Assembly (NCBI GenBank): GCA_963667015.2
Contig: CAXXJJ010000004.1
Location: 2,688,001 to 2,752,000 of the forward strand
Source of the DNA: Desulfatiglandales bacterium
GTDB lineage: Bacteria > Desulfobacterota > DSM-4660 > Desulfatiglandales > HGW-15
Length of the DNA stretch: 64,000 nt
Reading direction: 5' to 3'
Position 1 is the stretch's first letter; every line of letters begins with the position of its first letter. This document shows positions 21,411 through 32,362 of this stretch, one piece after another. The notes under the pieces are model-generated. The model saw nothing but the letters and a program-made list of their open reading frames with translations, had not been told where the DNA came from and did not search any database. Position numbers and translations under genes: made by a program.

Positions 21411-23747
21411 ATGAGGATACTGCTGATACTTGTTTTTTGCCTTACAATCATTGGCTGCAACGAAACAGGAAATAAATCATATAAAGATTCCGGTTTACCT
21501 GTTGAAGAAAGGGTTGCTGATCTTCTGTCTCAAATGACTCTTGAAGAAAAGGTGGCTCAGCTTACCAGCACAATGCCGATGCTGGGTTTTGGAGACGATG
21601 CCGAGACATCATTTGTTGATAAGGAAGGCAATTTCAACCCTGAAGGCGCGGAGAAATTTTTTAAGCACGGAATAGGCCAGATCTCGAGGCCTGGGATGAG
21701 ACGCGGGCCGAAGGAAATGGCAGAATTCACAAACACTGTTCAGAGGTGGATTATTGAAAATACCCGCCTGGGTATTCCTGTCATGTTTCATGAAGAGGCC
21801 CTGCACGGGCTCGCCACCACAAAGGCAACATCCTTTCCCCAGGCAATAGCACTTGCATCTACATGGAACACAGATCTGGTAAATGAGGTATTTACAGCTA
21901 CTGCGCTTGAGGTAAGATCCAGGGGTGCACAGCAGGTCCTGTCACCAGTACTGGATATTGTAAGGGATCCGAGATGGGGAAGAACAGAAGAGACCTATGG
22001 AGAAGATCCATATCTTGCCTCCCGTATGGGGGTAGCCGCAGTAACAGGTTTTCAGGGAAATCCATCCGACAATATTGATAAGGCCCATGTGATTGCCACG
22101 GGAAAACACTTTGCTGTTCATGGCCAGCCTGAAAACGGGACAAACGTTGGGCCGGCGAACTACTCTGAAAGGGTTATAAGGGAATATTTCTTAAAGCCAT
22201 TTGAGGCCGCGGTGAAAGAAGCCAATCTCCAGAGCATCATGCCTTCCTACAATGAGATAGACGGCCTTCCTTCTCACGCCAATATAAAGCTCTTGGAAGG
22301 CATATTGCGTCAGGAGTGGGGATTTAAAGGGCACACTGTCTCGGACTATTATGGAATCAAAGAGCTTATGGAAAAACACCATGTTGCAGCCTCAAAGGAA
22401 GATGCCGCCAGACAGGCGATCGAAGCAGGCGTTGATATTGAATTACCCTATACGGAAATGTACGACAGTCTCATTGACCTTGTTAAAAAAGGCGTAGTTT
22501 CAGAAAAGGCAGTTGATAAATGTGTAGCGCGTGTACTTCGTTCAAAGTTTATAACCGGCCTTTTCGATGATCCCTATGTCGATCCTGAATATGCCGAAGA
22601 GGTATACAAAAATCCCGAACACAAAGCCCTTGCCCTGAGAGCTGCCAGGGAATCAATAATTCTTCTTAAAAATGAAAATAATATTCTTCCTCTTTCAAAG
22701 GAGAAATACAAAAGAATAGCTGTAATAGGCCCCAATGCAAAGGGAGTTCATCTAGGCAACTACAGCGGATTTCCTGAAGGCGGAGTTGATATCCTGCAGG
22801 GAATAAAGAACAGGGCATCGGCAGATCAGGAAATATTGTATGCAGAAGGCTGCAAAATTACAGAAACAGACCCCACTTCCTTCACCTTTGAAGAACCAAA
22901 GCTTGGTGACCCCGATAAAAATGCCATACGCATCAAAGAGGCTGTAGACATTGCAAAGAACGCGGATTTAATAATACTTGCTCTCGGGGGCAACGAATTT
23001 ACATCCAGAGAGGCATGGATCGGCCATCTTGGCGACAGGGCCGGACTTGAACTGCTTGGTAGCCAGAATGAACTTGCAGCAGAAATGCTTAAACTGAACA
23101 AACCTGTTGTTGTTTTCCTTATGCACGGGCGTCCAAATGCAATTAACTATATTGCGGAAAACGTCCCGGCCATTCTTGAAGGATGGTACCTTGGTCAGGA
23201 GGGAGGAAATGCCGCAGCTGATGTACTGTTCGGGGAATACAACCCCGGAGGAAGGCTTCCCCTGTCCGTCCCGAGATCTGTCGGACAGTTGCCCGTTTTT
23301 TATAATCACAAACCCACTGCAAGACGGGGATATATAGATTCGGAAAAAGACCCTCTTTATCCCTTTGGATGGGGGCTCAGCTATACAACCTTTAAATATG
23401 ACAATTTAAGTATTTTCCCCAATGAGATGGATGTTAAAGACAAAACGAAGATCACTGTTGCTGTTACAAACACAGGCAGCATAAGAGGTGATGAGGTTGT
23501 ACAGCTTTACATCAGAGATGAAGTCAGCTCTGTCACAAGACCGGTTAAGGAACTCAAGGGATTTAAACGTATTTCCCTTGATCCGGGTGAGACAAAGACG
23601 ATTGAATTTACTATCGGCCCTGAAGCGCTTTCTTTTCTGGACCGTGATATGCACAGGGTTGTAGAGCCGGGTGCATTTAAAATAATGGTGGGTGGAAATT
23701 CTGTGGATCTGATTGAAGCGACACTAACCATCACTGACAAGAAATAG
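21411..23747 (+). CDS. GH3 beta-glucosidase/xylosidase (BglX-like), probable lipoprotein
   Basis: RLGIP, EEALHG, RDPRWGRTEETYGEDP, KHF, SDY, C-terminal Fn3; lipobox IIGC. Confidence 0.95.
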   Translation: MRILLILVFCLTIIGCNETGNKSYKDSGLPVEERVADLLSQMTLEEKVAQLTSTMPMLGFGDDAETSFVDKEGNFNPEGAEKFFKHGIGQISRPGMRRGPKEMAEFTNTVQRWIIENTRLGIPVMFHEEALHGLATTKATSFPQAIALASTWNTDLVNEVFTATALEVRSRGAQQVLSPVLDIVRDPRWGRTEETYGEDPYLASRMGVAAVTGFQGNPSDNIDKAHVIATGKHFAVHGQPENGTNVGPANYSERVIREYFLKPFEAAVKEANLQSIMPSYNEIDGLPSHANIKLLEGILRQEWGFKGHTVSDYYGIKELMEKHHVAASKEDAARQAIEAGVDIELPYTEMYDSLIDLVKKGVVSEKAVDKCVARVLRSKFITGLFDDPYVDPEYAEEVYKNPEHKALALRAARESIILLKNENNILPLSKEKYKRIAVIGPNAKGVHLGNYSGFPEGGVDILQGIKNRASADQEILYAEGCKITETDPTSFTFEEPKLGDPDKNAIRIKEAVDIAKNADLIILALGGNEFTSREAWIGHLGDRAGLELLGSQNELAAEMLKLNKPVVVFLMHGRPNAINYIAENVPAILEGWYLGQEGGNAAADVLFGEYNPGGRLPLSVPRSVGQLPVFYNHKPTARRGYIDSEKDPLYPFGWGLSYTTFKYDNLSIFPNEMDVKDKTKITVAVTNTGSIRGDEVVQLYIRDEVSSVTRPVKELKGFKRISLDPGETKTIEFTIGPEALSFLDRDMHRVVEPGAFKIMVGGNSVDLIEATLTITDKK

Positions 23748-23765
23748 ATATAATCAAAGCAGCCT

Positions 23766-23792
23766 GTAGGGGCACGGCGCGCCGTGCCCCTA
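23766..23792. repeat. REP-like GTAG palindrome
   Basis: GTAGGGGCACGGCGCGCCGTGCCCCTA; perfect 26-bp palindrome at 23767-23792 between convergent genes. Confidence 0.7.
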
Positions 23793-23818
23793 ATTAATAA
23801 AATTAACAAATATCATAT

Positions 23819-24649
23819 CTAGGGCCAGACAACCCCACGCCTTTTCTGTCTGGCCATTTCCCACAGTTTTTCATTATTCCCCTTTTCAAAGATACAATCC
23901 GGCAGGGGGCACATCACCATATGTTCCTCATGCCGTTTTATTATTTTATTTATCCTTTCCTCTGGCCATGACCTGTCCCAGCCCAGACCAAGGTCTTCAT
24001 TAACAATAATTACATGGATCTTTGTATGAGGGGGGCCGCTCTCTATTATGCTTGTAACAGCACATGCCCTGTGCGGTCCAATACAGTCATAACAGTGCAT
24101 GTTTTTCATACAGGGTGTAGGCACGCCCTTTCTTTTAAAATGCTCCGGTGCAATAACATTTTTTACCCTGTCCATGCCCTGTTCAAGATCTTTTACAATC
24201 TTATTTTTACCCATCACAAGAATGGTAATGGGATGCCCCCAGATCATTCCCGCAACCCTGTTGCCGTTTCCGTCCACATTAATTATCCTGCCGTCTTCGG
24301 TTATGGCGTTTGAGCCTGTTAAAAACACATCACATACAGTTGCCTCAAGCATGGGCCAGAATCCATTATCGAAGTGTGACTGAAGATCCGTGATCTTTTT
24401 TTCAGGATTAAAACCGTTTATTACCCTGTTGCCCCGCTTCTCAAGCGCTGCAGCAGCCTTTACCTGTCTGACGCTCGACGAATCGCCTATACCCACCACT
24501 GCCTTTTCAGGCACGATACTGCAGACCAGTTCCCTGGCGTGCTCCGCATTTTCTGCGGCCAGACCAACCATTTTTCGATTTCCCAGTGCCTTTACTGTTT
24601 TTTCAATAACCGGGTCTGTTATTACTGAAGTTATATTTATCTGATTCAT
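23819..24649 (-). CDS. LUD (lactate utilization) domain protein
   Basis: DVFLTGSNAITEDGRIINVDGNGNRVA, Cys cluster PC..HCYDC..RAC. Confidence 0.85.
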   Translation of the reverse strand: MNQINITSVITDPVIEKTVKALGNRKMVGLAAENAEHARELVCSIVPEKAVVGIGDSSSVRQVKAAAALEKRGNRVINGFNPEKKITDLQSHFDNGFWPMLEATVCDVFLTGSNAITEDGRIINVDGNGNRVAGMIWGHPITILVMGKNKIVKDLEQGMDRVKNVIAPEHFKRKGVPTPCMKNMHCYDCIGPHRACAVTSIIESGPPHTKIHVIIVNEDLGLGWDRSWPEERINKIIKRHEEHMVMCPLPDCIFEKGNNEKLWEMARQKRRGVVWP

Positions 24650-24702
24650 AGGGTGTATCCCTGCACGAAACTGTTTAAAAATTTATTAACCTGGTCCGGA
24701 AT

Positions 24703-24744
24703 AAAAAAACGCACGAAAAATCCTTAAAATTCTTCGTGCGTTTT
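24703..24744 (-). terminator. Terminator after hflC
   Basis: aaaacgcacgaa / ttcgtgcgtttt inverted repeat with a minus-strand T-run. Confidence 0.55.
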
Positions 24745-24774
24745 GTGGCTTATCTGTCAACATTTATAAAGGTT

Positions 24775-25719
24775 TTATTTTTCGCCTTTGTAACCCTTAA
24801 AGTATTTAAAAAATTCCGAATCAGTAGAGAGAATTAAGGAACTGTCTTTCCCGATACTTTGCTTGTAAATATCAAGGGTCTGCATAAAAGAGTAAAATTC
24901 CGGATCCTTTCCAAAGGCCTGCGCATAGATAAGCGTGGCTTCACCATCGGCCTTACCCTTTATCTCTTCAGCGGTTTTATAGGCCTCGGATGTAATCCTC
25001 TTCATTTCCTTTTCCCTGTCACCCTCGATCTTTCGCGCTTCTCCCTGGCCCTCGGATCGGAATTTTTCAGCGATCTGTTTTCTTTCGGCTATCATTCTGC
25101 CGAATACAGACTTTTGTACTTCATCTTCATACTTGATTCTTTTGATTTTTACGTCAACAAGCTGAATACCAAATTCTTCAAGTTTCGGCTGTGCCTGATC
25201 AAGGATATTTCTGGCTATTTTAGCTCGTCCGGTAACAATCGAATCCATTGCAATTTCCTTCTTTGTACCGTCCACTCCGCTGTCAAAGGTATCTGCCTCC
25301 AGCCGGCGATCTGTATTTCTGACTGTCTCTATTAAAGGATTGGATGTTATCGCATTTCGAATTGTAGAATTCAATATGTCATCCAGCCTTGCCAGGGCAG
25401 CCATTTCATTATTGAGTGTCTGGAAATATTTGAGAGGATCAACTATTTTCCATCTGGCGAAGGTATCCACCCAGATGAATGTCTTGTCCAGTGTCGGGAT
25501 CTGATCAGGATCACCATCCCATTCCAGCAGGTTCTTCGGGAATACTGTAGCTGTATAGTAGGGAATTTTGAACTTTAAGCCGGGTTCCCGAACAGCGTCA
25601 CCGATTGGTTTTCCAAACTGGGTGATAATAACCTGCTCCGTTTCATCAACTGTATAGATGCACAATGAAGCTACAAATAACAATATTACGCCAATGACTA
25701 TTACTGGTGCAAATTTCAT
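24775..25719 (-). CDS. hflC: FtsH protease modulator HflC
   Basis: ITQFGKP..PGLKFKIP, RMIAER, DPEFYSF. Confidence 0.95.
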   Translation of the reverse strand: MKFAPVIVIGVILLFVASLCIYTVDETEQVIITQFGKPIGDAVREPGLKFKIPYYTATVFPKNLLEWDGDPDQIPTLDKTFIWVDTFARWKIVDPLKYFQTLNNEMAALARLDDILNSTIRNAITSNPLIETVRNTDRRLEADTFDSGVDGTKKEIAMDSIVTGRAKIARNILDQAQPKLEEFGIQLVDVKIKRIKYEDEVQKSVFGRMIAERKQIAEKFRSEGQGEARKIEGDREKEMKRITSEAYKTAEEIKGKADGEATLIYAQAFGKDPEFYSFMQTLDIYKQSIGKDSSLILSTDSEFFKYFKGYKGEK

Positions 25720-26756
25720 CTTTCACCTCCCGTAGTTTTATCAAGGTTTAGAAGAGGAAGCAGATTTTTCTGCTGGGAGTCCACGATGAATTTATTACCC
25801 AGTTTCGGAAAAACATCCTTTAAGGCCTCGAGATAAAGCCTTCTTTTTGTGACATCCTTCGCCTTTGAATATTCCTCATACAGCGAATTGAATCTGGCCG
25901 CGTCACCCCTGGATCTGTTTACCCTGTCAAGGGCATATCCTTCCGCAGCCTTGATCGTTTTCTCTGCCTGGCCCTTTGCCTGTGGAATCATCTTGTTATA
26001 CTGTTCCTGGGCCTCATATATCATCCTTTCCTTTTCCTGCTGGGCCTGGTTGACCTCATTCCATGAGGGCTGAACAGGTTCGGGAACGTTTGTCTTCTGC
26101 ATTTCGATAGTTGTGATGTTTATGCCTGTTTCCGCCTCATCCAGTTCTTTCTGAAGCAGCATTTTCGCCTGATTGGCAATCTCATCTCTTTTATTAATAA
26201 CTTCGGTAATACTCCTGTCGCCGACAACGAGCCTCATGGTGGATTCTGACAGGTCTCTCAGGGTGGATTTCACATTTCGCACCTTGAAAAGAAAATGGTA
26301 CGGATCCTTGATATTATACTGAACAACCCATGGTACGATTGCAACATTTAGATCCCCGGTTAACATAAGTGCTTCATCGAGATAAGCTGAATCAGAGGCA
26401 AACCTGGTCCTGACTCCGGGAGTGATTGTTCTAAAACCAAACTCCTCTTTCTGCACTTCCCGCACAGGAACCTTGGTAAGTTTTTCAATCCCAGCCGGCC
26501 ATTTGATATGCGGACCGGGCATTGTTGTCCTAACATGCCGCCCGAAACGCTGCACAACCCCGACCTCGTTCGGATTGATTTTATAAATCATGTTAAAGGC
26601 AAGGAATGCCATTACCAGTAAAACGACAACAATCCATGCTCCGGGAAATTTCCCCTTCATGTCCTTAAATTTTTCCAGTACCTCATCCACCTGAGGTGGA
26701 GGGCCGCCCTGCCGGGCCTTCTTCTGCTGCTGCAGTTTATCCCAATCCCATGCCAT
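25716..26756 (-). CDS. hflK: FtsH protease modulator HflK
   Basis: MAW N-terminus, MLTGDLN, VTKRRLYLE. Confidence 0.95.
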   Translation of the reverse strand: MAWDWDKLQQQKKARQGGPPPQVDEVLEKFKDMKGKFPGAWIVVVLLVMAFLAFNMIYKINPNEVGVVQRFGRHVRTTMPGPHIKWPAGIEKLTKVPVREVQKEEFGFRTITPGVRTRFASDSAYLDEALMLTGDLNVAIVPWVVQYNIKDPYHFLFKVRNVKSTLRDLSESTMRLVVGDRSITEVINKRDEIANQAKMLLQKELDEAETGINITTIEMQKTNVPEPVQPSWNEVNQAQQEKERMIYEAQEQYNKMIPQAKGQAEKTIKAAEGYALDRVNRSRGDAARFNSLYEEYSKAKDVTKRRLYLEALKDVFPKLGNKFIVDSQQKNLLPLLNLDKTTGGER

Positions 26757-27002
26757 AGTATTCCTCTGTTTATTTAGTTTAGATCAGGCGGTCATTTTAA
26801 CGGGAGGGTTCCTTTTAGTCAAGGGATATCGGGGAGTGTAACTAACCTTCGACAAATTGAATAACTGCTTTGATTGATTGGCTTTATGCTCCGTTGTTCT
26901 TCCGGCTTTTAGCGCAGGGCACAGGAAAAAAAAATAAAAAAACTTGATTTCTCTTCTACAGCCATTAAGATCATTAAATATTTCATTAGAAAGAGACTCC
27001 TG

Positions 27003-27314
27003 ATGACCGAAGAAAAAAAAGAATCCATGACCGCCCTCAAGGATATACTGCAGGGTCTGCTGGCCAATTCAAATCTCAAGTTTAATCCTTCAGATGCGGA
27101 GATATGGGAGGTATGGGATGAGGTTGTTGGTCCGGCCATAGCAGAACATGCACAGCCATCCGGCATCACAAAGAAAACACTTAGAGTACGTGTTGAAGAG
27201 CCTATCTGGCTTCAGGAACTCGAGTTTGTTGCAGATACCATCAGGGAAAAATTAAATGACAGGCTTGGAAGGAACGCTGTCGAGAAGGTAATCTTCAGGC
27301 TTGGTTCCCTATAG
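27003..27314 (+). CDS. DUF721/DciA-family protein
   Basis: WDEVVGPAIAEHAQP, LRVRVEEPIWLQEL, IREKLN. Confidence 0.85.
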   Translation: MTEEKKESMTALKDILQGLLANSNLKFNPSDAEIWEVWDEVVGPAIAEHAQPSGITKKTLRVRVEEPIWLQELEFVADTIREKLNDRLGRNAVEKVIFRLGSL

Positions 27315-28023
27315 AATAGTCTCCCTGGCCCAATAAAGGCGGCAGAATCGTCAGACCGCTCTTTCCTCCAAACCAGGCCTCAATAAGTACAAGTTTCGCA
27401 TTTGAGCCCATATCCGGAAATATAACCCTCATCTTTTTTGGTTCAAATCCTGCCTGCCTGAGCTTATCCATCAGGTCCGTCAGTCTCTCTGCAGGATATA
27501 TCAAAGATAATCTTCCCTTTGTGCAGAGCAGATATTTTGAAGCCGTTATAATATCATCCAGAGATGCATGGATCTCATGGCGGGCTATTGCTCTCTGATT
27601 ATCAGGATTAATCCTGCCGCTTTCCTTGCGCCTGTAAGGTGGATTACATACAACAACATTTGCGGAAGAAACCTTTAGAGGCAGGTTACGCATGTCCCCG
27701 CGGATAACACTCATTTTATGGTCAAGATTATTCAGCTTTGCGTTACGCATAGCCTGGCAGGCCAGCTCCGGCTGTATTTCAAGGCAATGGATATGTCTTA
27801 CAGGTTTGGAAACAAGAAGAGACAGGGGAATAACCCCGCAACCTGTCCCAAGGTCCACAACCGTGTCATTTTTTTTTATGGTAACAAAGTCGGAGAGCAG
27901 GATGGCATCGATTGAAAACCTGTAGCCCGTTTTTGACTGAATAATTCGCAGCTTTCCATCCCTGAATGGATCGATGGATTCTCCAAGTAAAGGTCCTATT
28001 TCAGAAGATCTGGATGCAGTCAT
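27295..28023 (-). CDS. tRNA1(Val) A37 N6-methyltransferase-like protein
   Basis: GYRFSIDAILL, DLGTGCG, CNPPY, AIARHE. Confidence 0.88.
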   Translation of the reverse strand: MTASRSSEIGPLLGESIDPFRDGKLRIIQSKTGYRFSIDAILLSDFVTIKKNDTVVDLGTGCGVIPLSLLVSKPVRHIHCLEIQPELACQAMRNAKLNNLDHKMSVIRGDMRNLPLKVSSANVVVCNPPYRRKESGRINPDNQRAIARHEIHASLDDIITASKYLLCTKGRLSLIYPAERLTDLMDKLRQAGFEPKKMRVIFPDMGSNAKLVLIEAWFGGKSGLTILPPLLGQGDYSIGNQA

Positions 28024-29353
28024 CAGGATCTATCTTGTTTAAGACCATTCCGGTCAGGACTTTGGGATAAAAATAGGTTGATTTTCTGGGCATCACTAAA
28101 GATCCCCTGGCGATCTCCTGCACCTGCTCTATCTTTGTCGGATTTAAAAGAAATGTTATATCACATTCCCCCGAATCAACAAGGGAGATGGAAGACGCAA
28201 TATTGCTGTTGTACTGGAATATGCCGTCATTATCCAGATCTGCCTTTGTGAAGCCAAGCGCTTTCTGAAGTATCAGCCTTGATAAAACAATAACATCCAG
28301 TTTTCTCAAGGAGGGATGAAGATCTTTTTCCAGCTCATCCATTACTCCTGCCTTTTGGGACATCAGGTAATATCCATTCTCTTTATTACAGTAAAAAATA
28401 AATGCCGAGGTTTCAGCGCCTTTTGCGGCAAGAGCGGATTTAAGCTCCAGAACATATTCCTTTGTATCTGTATTGGAAGGAGGCAGTTTTTCAATCTCAA
28501 ACCACTGCTGTGCCTTTTCAAGAAAATCTGAAGGCTCAAAACCTTCGCTCTTTTTTATGAGACGATGGGAAGGCAGTATGGTTAAACCTTCCTCACCCAT
28601 ATCTGTCAGATACATCATTACATATTCATAGGGTTTGTCAAGGCCAGCCCCATGGGTTTCTCTCATAAAATTCCTGAAATTTCTCGAGGTTTCATACCTG
28701 TGGTGTCCGTCTGCAATAAATATTGATTTATCCTTCATAGAATTGGCAACCTTTTTAATGACTTCGGGATCTGTAACACACCACAGTCTATGATCTGTCC
28801 CATCCTTAAAGGTAAAGGATATCTCCGGAGGGGCATCGGTAAATGCCCTCATCGCATCAAGTATTCCCTCACCCGAGTCATCATACAACCCGAAAACCTG
28901 ACTGAGCTGTGTTGAACATGCCTTAAGGAGCTTTAACCTGTCATCCTTATGTGCGGAAAAGGTCTTTTCATGCGGAAGGATTACCCCTGATCCTTCTTCT
29001 TCTATCCTGACCAGGGAAATAATACCCCACCTTACCCGTGTCCCCCCCCTGTCTCCGGGGTTATATGAATGAGATGTCAGATAGATTGAATCCTTTTCCG
29101 AGCGAGCCATGATGGCCTCTGCTTCCCAGTTTTTCAGGTAATCGGCCGCCCTTGTATATCTGTTTTCAATATCCGAATCTCCATCCTTTTTTTTGCCGAG
29201 TTCCAGCCTAATTATATTATTTGGATGGGTATTATAATATTCTTCCTGCTCCTTTTCTGAAATAACATCATACGGTGGCGTGATTAACTTTTCGAGCTCA
29301 TTTATTTTTTTATAATTATACGTCAAACCCCTGAAGGGTGTTATTATTGCCAT
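28001..29353 (-). CDS. DUF1015 family protein
   Basis: PPYDVIS, ILPHEKT, IADGHHRYET, MPRKSTYFYPK. Confidence 0.92.
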   Translation of the reverse strand: MAIITPFRGLTYNYKKINELEKLITPPYDVISEKEQEEYYNTHPNNIIRLELGKKKDGDSDIENRYTRAADYLKNWEAEAIMARSEKDSIYLTSHSYNPGDRGGTRVRWGIISLVRIEEEGSGVILPHEKTFSAHKDDRLKLLKACSTQLSQVFGLYDDSGEGILDAMRAFTDAPPEISFTFKDGTDHRLWCVTDPEVIKKVANSMKDKSIFIADGHHRYETSRNFRNFMRETHGAGLDKPYEYVMMYLTDMGEEGLTILPSHRLIKKSEGFEPSDFLEKAQQWFEIEKLPPSNTDTKEYVLELKSALAAKGAETSAFIFYCNKENGYYLMSQKAGVMDELEKDLHPSLRKLDVIVLSRLILQKALGFTKADLDNDGIFQYNSNIASSISLVDSGECDITFLLNPTKIEQVQEIARGSLVMPRKSTYFYPKVLTGMVLNKIDPDDCIQIF

Positions 29354-29667
29354 TTAGTAAGGAATCCCCCTGTTAGTTTTGCGCTATTTCCTATCAGATA
29401 ATGTCTCCTTGTCAACCAAAAACGGTTTTTTTAACGACCTTTTAACGATTCAATGCTTTCATGGTAAAAAAGGTGGAATTGAATGGGATTTGACTTTTTT
29501 TTGAAAATCTGCAATTAATCTCTGTTACAGGAGTTATAAATTTTAATTTAAGGAATATTTCTTAATAAAAAATCAATCCAATTTTAAATATTATCGGCAG
29601 GAACAAACAGCTTATACTGGAAGTTTGAAATCCGACATATCTATAATCTTCAATAAAAAAAGGACCC

Positions 29668-31041
29668 ATGGCTAAAAATAAGAAATTTATATATTATCTG
29701 ACACTAATACCTCTGCTTATAATTATTATCCTGTTTGCATGGCTTTTCACTGTTATTTTCGAAGGTGAGAAACCCTCGGTTACATTAAATCCTCTGCCCG
29801 CATACATCTCCCAGAAACAGGAATTCCAGTTAAATGTAAGTGACATGAAGAGGGGCATCAAAAACATCAGGGTATCCTACAGCCAGGGAAACAGTGAGGC
29901 GGCTCTACTGGAGAAGAAATTCTCCTTTGAAGGCTTTTTAAATAAAAACGGTACCCGGGAATACCGCAGTACGTTTGAACTTGACCCGTCAAAGATAAGA
30001 CTCGCCCAGGGAAAGCTTGATCTGAACATTCAGGTATGGGATTACAGCCGAAGGAACGGCGGTGACGGGAATATGAGTGTTATTAAACATTCTATGATTG
30101 TCGATACCTTCCCTCCGTCTCTAAGGGTAATCAGTAAGATGCATAACATCAAAACCGGTGGTACAGGGCTGGTTATATACAGGTCATCATCCGATACGGT
30201 TGAAAGCGGTGTTTATGTTAACGATTTATTTTTTAAAGGTTATCCTGTCAGTGAGAACCCGAAGGATGGGACATATCTTGCATATTTTGCACTTCCATTT
30301 AATGTTGGAAAAGATGCTGAAATCTATCTCTGGGCAAAGGATAAAGCGGAAAATACCACGCGCTCGACCTTCTACTATAAAATTTTAACAGATCGCTTTA
30401 GAAACGACAGATTGAATATAAGTGACGGCTTCTTAAAACGTGTTCTACCATATTTCGATTACTATGAACTTGACCCCGCACTAAGCGATGTAGACAAATA
30501 TGTCAAAATTAACAATGAATTAAGAAAAACAGACAATAATACACTTTATGAACTGCTGAAAAATACATCTCCTGTAAGGCTCTGGGATGGAACGTGGCTT
30601 CGGATGAAAAATGCGGCAAGCATGGCACAGTTCGCTGATCACAGGAGCTATTACTATAATGGAGAAAAAATAGATGAGCAGTATCACATGGGCATTGACC
30701 TTGCATCACTTGCAAACTCTCCCATCGAGGCTGCGAATAACGGAATAGTGGTCTTTGCAGAAAGAAACGGTATTTACGGCCTGACAGTTGTATTAGACCA
30801 CGGACAGGGCCTGTCTTCACTTTACGGTCACCTGAGCAGTATTAATGTAACCGTTGGAGCCACGGTGAAAAAAGGGGATATCATCGCCTATTCCGGACAG
30901 ACCGGGCTCGCAGGAGGAGACCATCTTCATTTCAGTGTACTTGTACACGGTATTTTTGTAAATCCGAAAGAATGGTGGGATTCCCACTGGATACAGGATA
31001 ATATCACACGTAAACTTAACCTTATTCAAAACCCGGATTAG
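29668..31041 (+). CDS. M23 family metallopeptidase
   Basis: HMGIDLA, YGHLS, GDHLHF; N-terminal TM. Confidence 0.92.
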   Translation: MAKNKKFIYYLTLIPLLIIIILFAWLFTVIFEGEKPSVTLNPLPAYISQKQEFQLNVSDMKRGIKNIRVSYSQGNSEAALLEKKFSFEGFLNKNGTREYRSTFELDPSKIRLAQGKLDLNIQVWDYSRRNGGDGNMSVIKHSMIVDTFPPSLRVISKMHNIKTGGTGLVIYRSSSDTVESGVYVNDLFFKGYPVSENPKDGTYLAYFALPFNVGKDAEIYLWAKDKAENTTRSTFYYKILTDRFRNDRLNISDGFLKRVLPYFDYYELDPALSDVDKYVKINNELRKTDNNTLYELLKNTSPVRLWDGTWLRMKNAASMAQFADHRSYYYNGEKIDEQYHMGIDLASLANSPIEAANNGIVVFAERNGIYGLTVVLDHGQGLSSLYGHLSSINVTVGATVKKGDIIAYSGQTGLAGGDHLHFSVLVHGIFVNPKEWWDSHWIQDNITRKLNLIQNPD

Positions 31042-31120
31042 ATATAAAATAATAATGTCGTTAGTCTGTCATTCATTCCGGCAATTTTTTAATGATCTGA
31101 TATTTTAGTTCTCAGGAATA

Positions 31121-32362
31121 TTGGAAAAAAACTCTCCTTTAATAAAACGCATTAAACGTCATATAACCGGGCCGTTGCATAATTTTTTTATTGCAACGCT
31201 GCCCGGTTTTGAACATCTATGCAAAAAAGAACTGGAGGCACTGCAGCTTAATATAAGTGAAGTAAAAATAACAGAGGGAGGCCTGGAATTTACCGGGAAA
31301 CTCTGTGACTGCTATCTCATTAATCTGCACCTTCGTACGGCCAATCGCGTACTGATGCGTATAGCTGAATTCAATGCCACAAATTTCAGGAAGCTCGAAA
31401 AAAAAATCAAAGAGATCCCCTGGGAACTTTATCTGAAGGAAAACACCACGCCTCAAATCACGGTCACAACCAAACACTCAAGGCTCTATCACAGTGATGC
31501 AGTTTCAGAACGCATTATTGAGGGTATAAAAGAACGGAAAAAGGAAACGCTCTTTTACTGTGATGACAGCGACAAGATTCAACCTCAGAAGACTCATAAC
31601 ATCCAGAATATCTTTATTCGTCTTGTAGACGATCGTATCACCCTTTCCTTAGACAGCAGCGGTGACCTGCTTTATAAACGCGGCATAAAGCTGCATCCGG
31701 GCAGAGCACCAATCCGCGAAACCCTTGCTGCAGCAGCATTATTGAAGACGGGATTTACAGGTGAAGAACTTCTGTTTGATCCCATGTGCGGCACCGGGTC
31801 TTTTTCTATTGAAGCGGCAATGATTCTCAGGCATATCCCTCCGGGCTGGTACAGACAATTTGCATTTGAATCATGGCCGGGGTTTAAACCTGCCCAGTGG
31901 GCTCATCTGAAAAAACAGGCTCAAAAAGAAATCAGGATAGCTAATGATAATCCGGGCATTATAGCGTGCGATAAGGATCAAAAAAGCTGCAGGGCTTTAT
32001 CAGACACCCTGAAAAAATATAATCTGGACAGCACGGTCAAGATACTTAATGATGATTTTTTCAGAATTACTCAGGATGAAATATTTAAATATACAGGAGA
32101 TAAAAGACCCGGGCTTGTTATAATCAACCCACCCTATGGCATCAGGCTGGGCACTAAAAAAGACAGCAGAAAACTGTTCATAAAAATTACCGAAAGGCTG
32201 GCTGATGTCTTCAAGGGCTGGAAATTTGCCCTGTTTTCACCTGAAAAAGAAGTTATCGAAAAATGCAGGCTGGATGGGGAACAGACAGTGATTGATCACG
32301 GAGGCATCAAACTTACACTTTTTACGGGAATCATATCGGATGGTAAAAATTATGCCTTTTAG
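31121..32362 (+). CDS. THUMP-domain RNA methyltransferase (RlmL-like)
   Basis: NLHLRTANRVL, LDSSGDLLYKRG, APIRETLAAA, DPMCGTGS, NPPYG. Confidence 0.88.
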   Translation: MEKNSPLIKRIKRHITGPLHNFFIATLPGFEHLCKKELEALQLNISEVKITEGGLEFTGKLCDCYLINLHLRTANRVLMRIAEFNATNFRKLEKKIKEIPWELYLKENTTPQITVTTKHSRLYHSDAVSERIIEGIKERKKETLFYCDDSDKIQPQKTHNIQNIFIRLVDDRITLSLDSSGDLLYKRGIKLHPGRAPIRETLAAAALLKTGFTGEELLFDPMCGTGSFSIEAAMILRHIPPGWYRQFAFESWPGFKPAQWAHLKKQAQKEIRIANDNPGIIACDKDQKSCRALSDTLKKYNLDSTVKILNDDFFRITQDEIFKYTGDKRPGLVIINPPYGIRLGTKKDSRKLFIKITERLADVFKGWKFALFSPEKEVIEKCRLDGEQTVIDHGGIKLTLFTGIISDGKNYAF

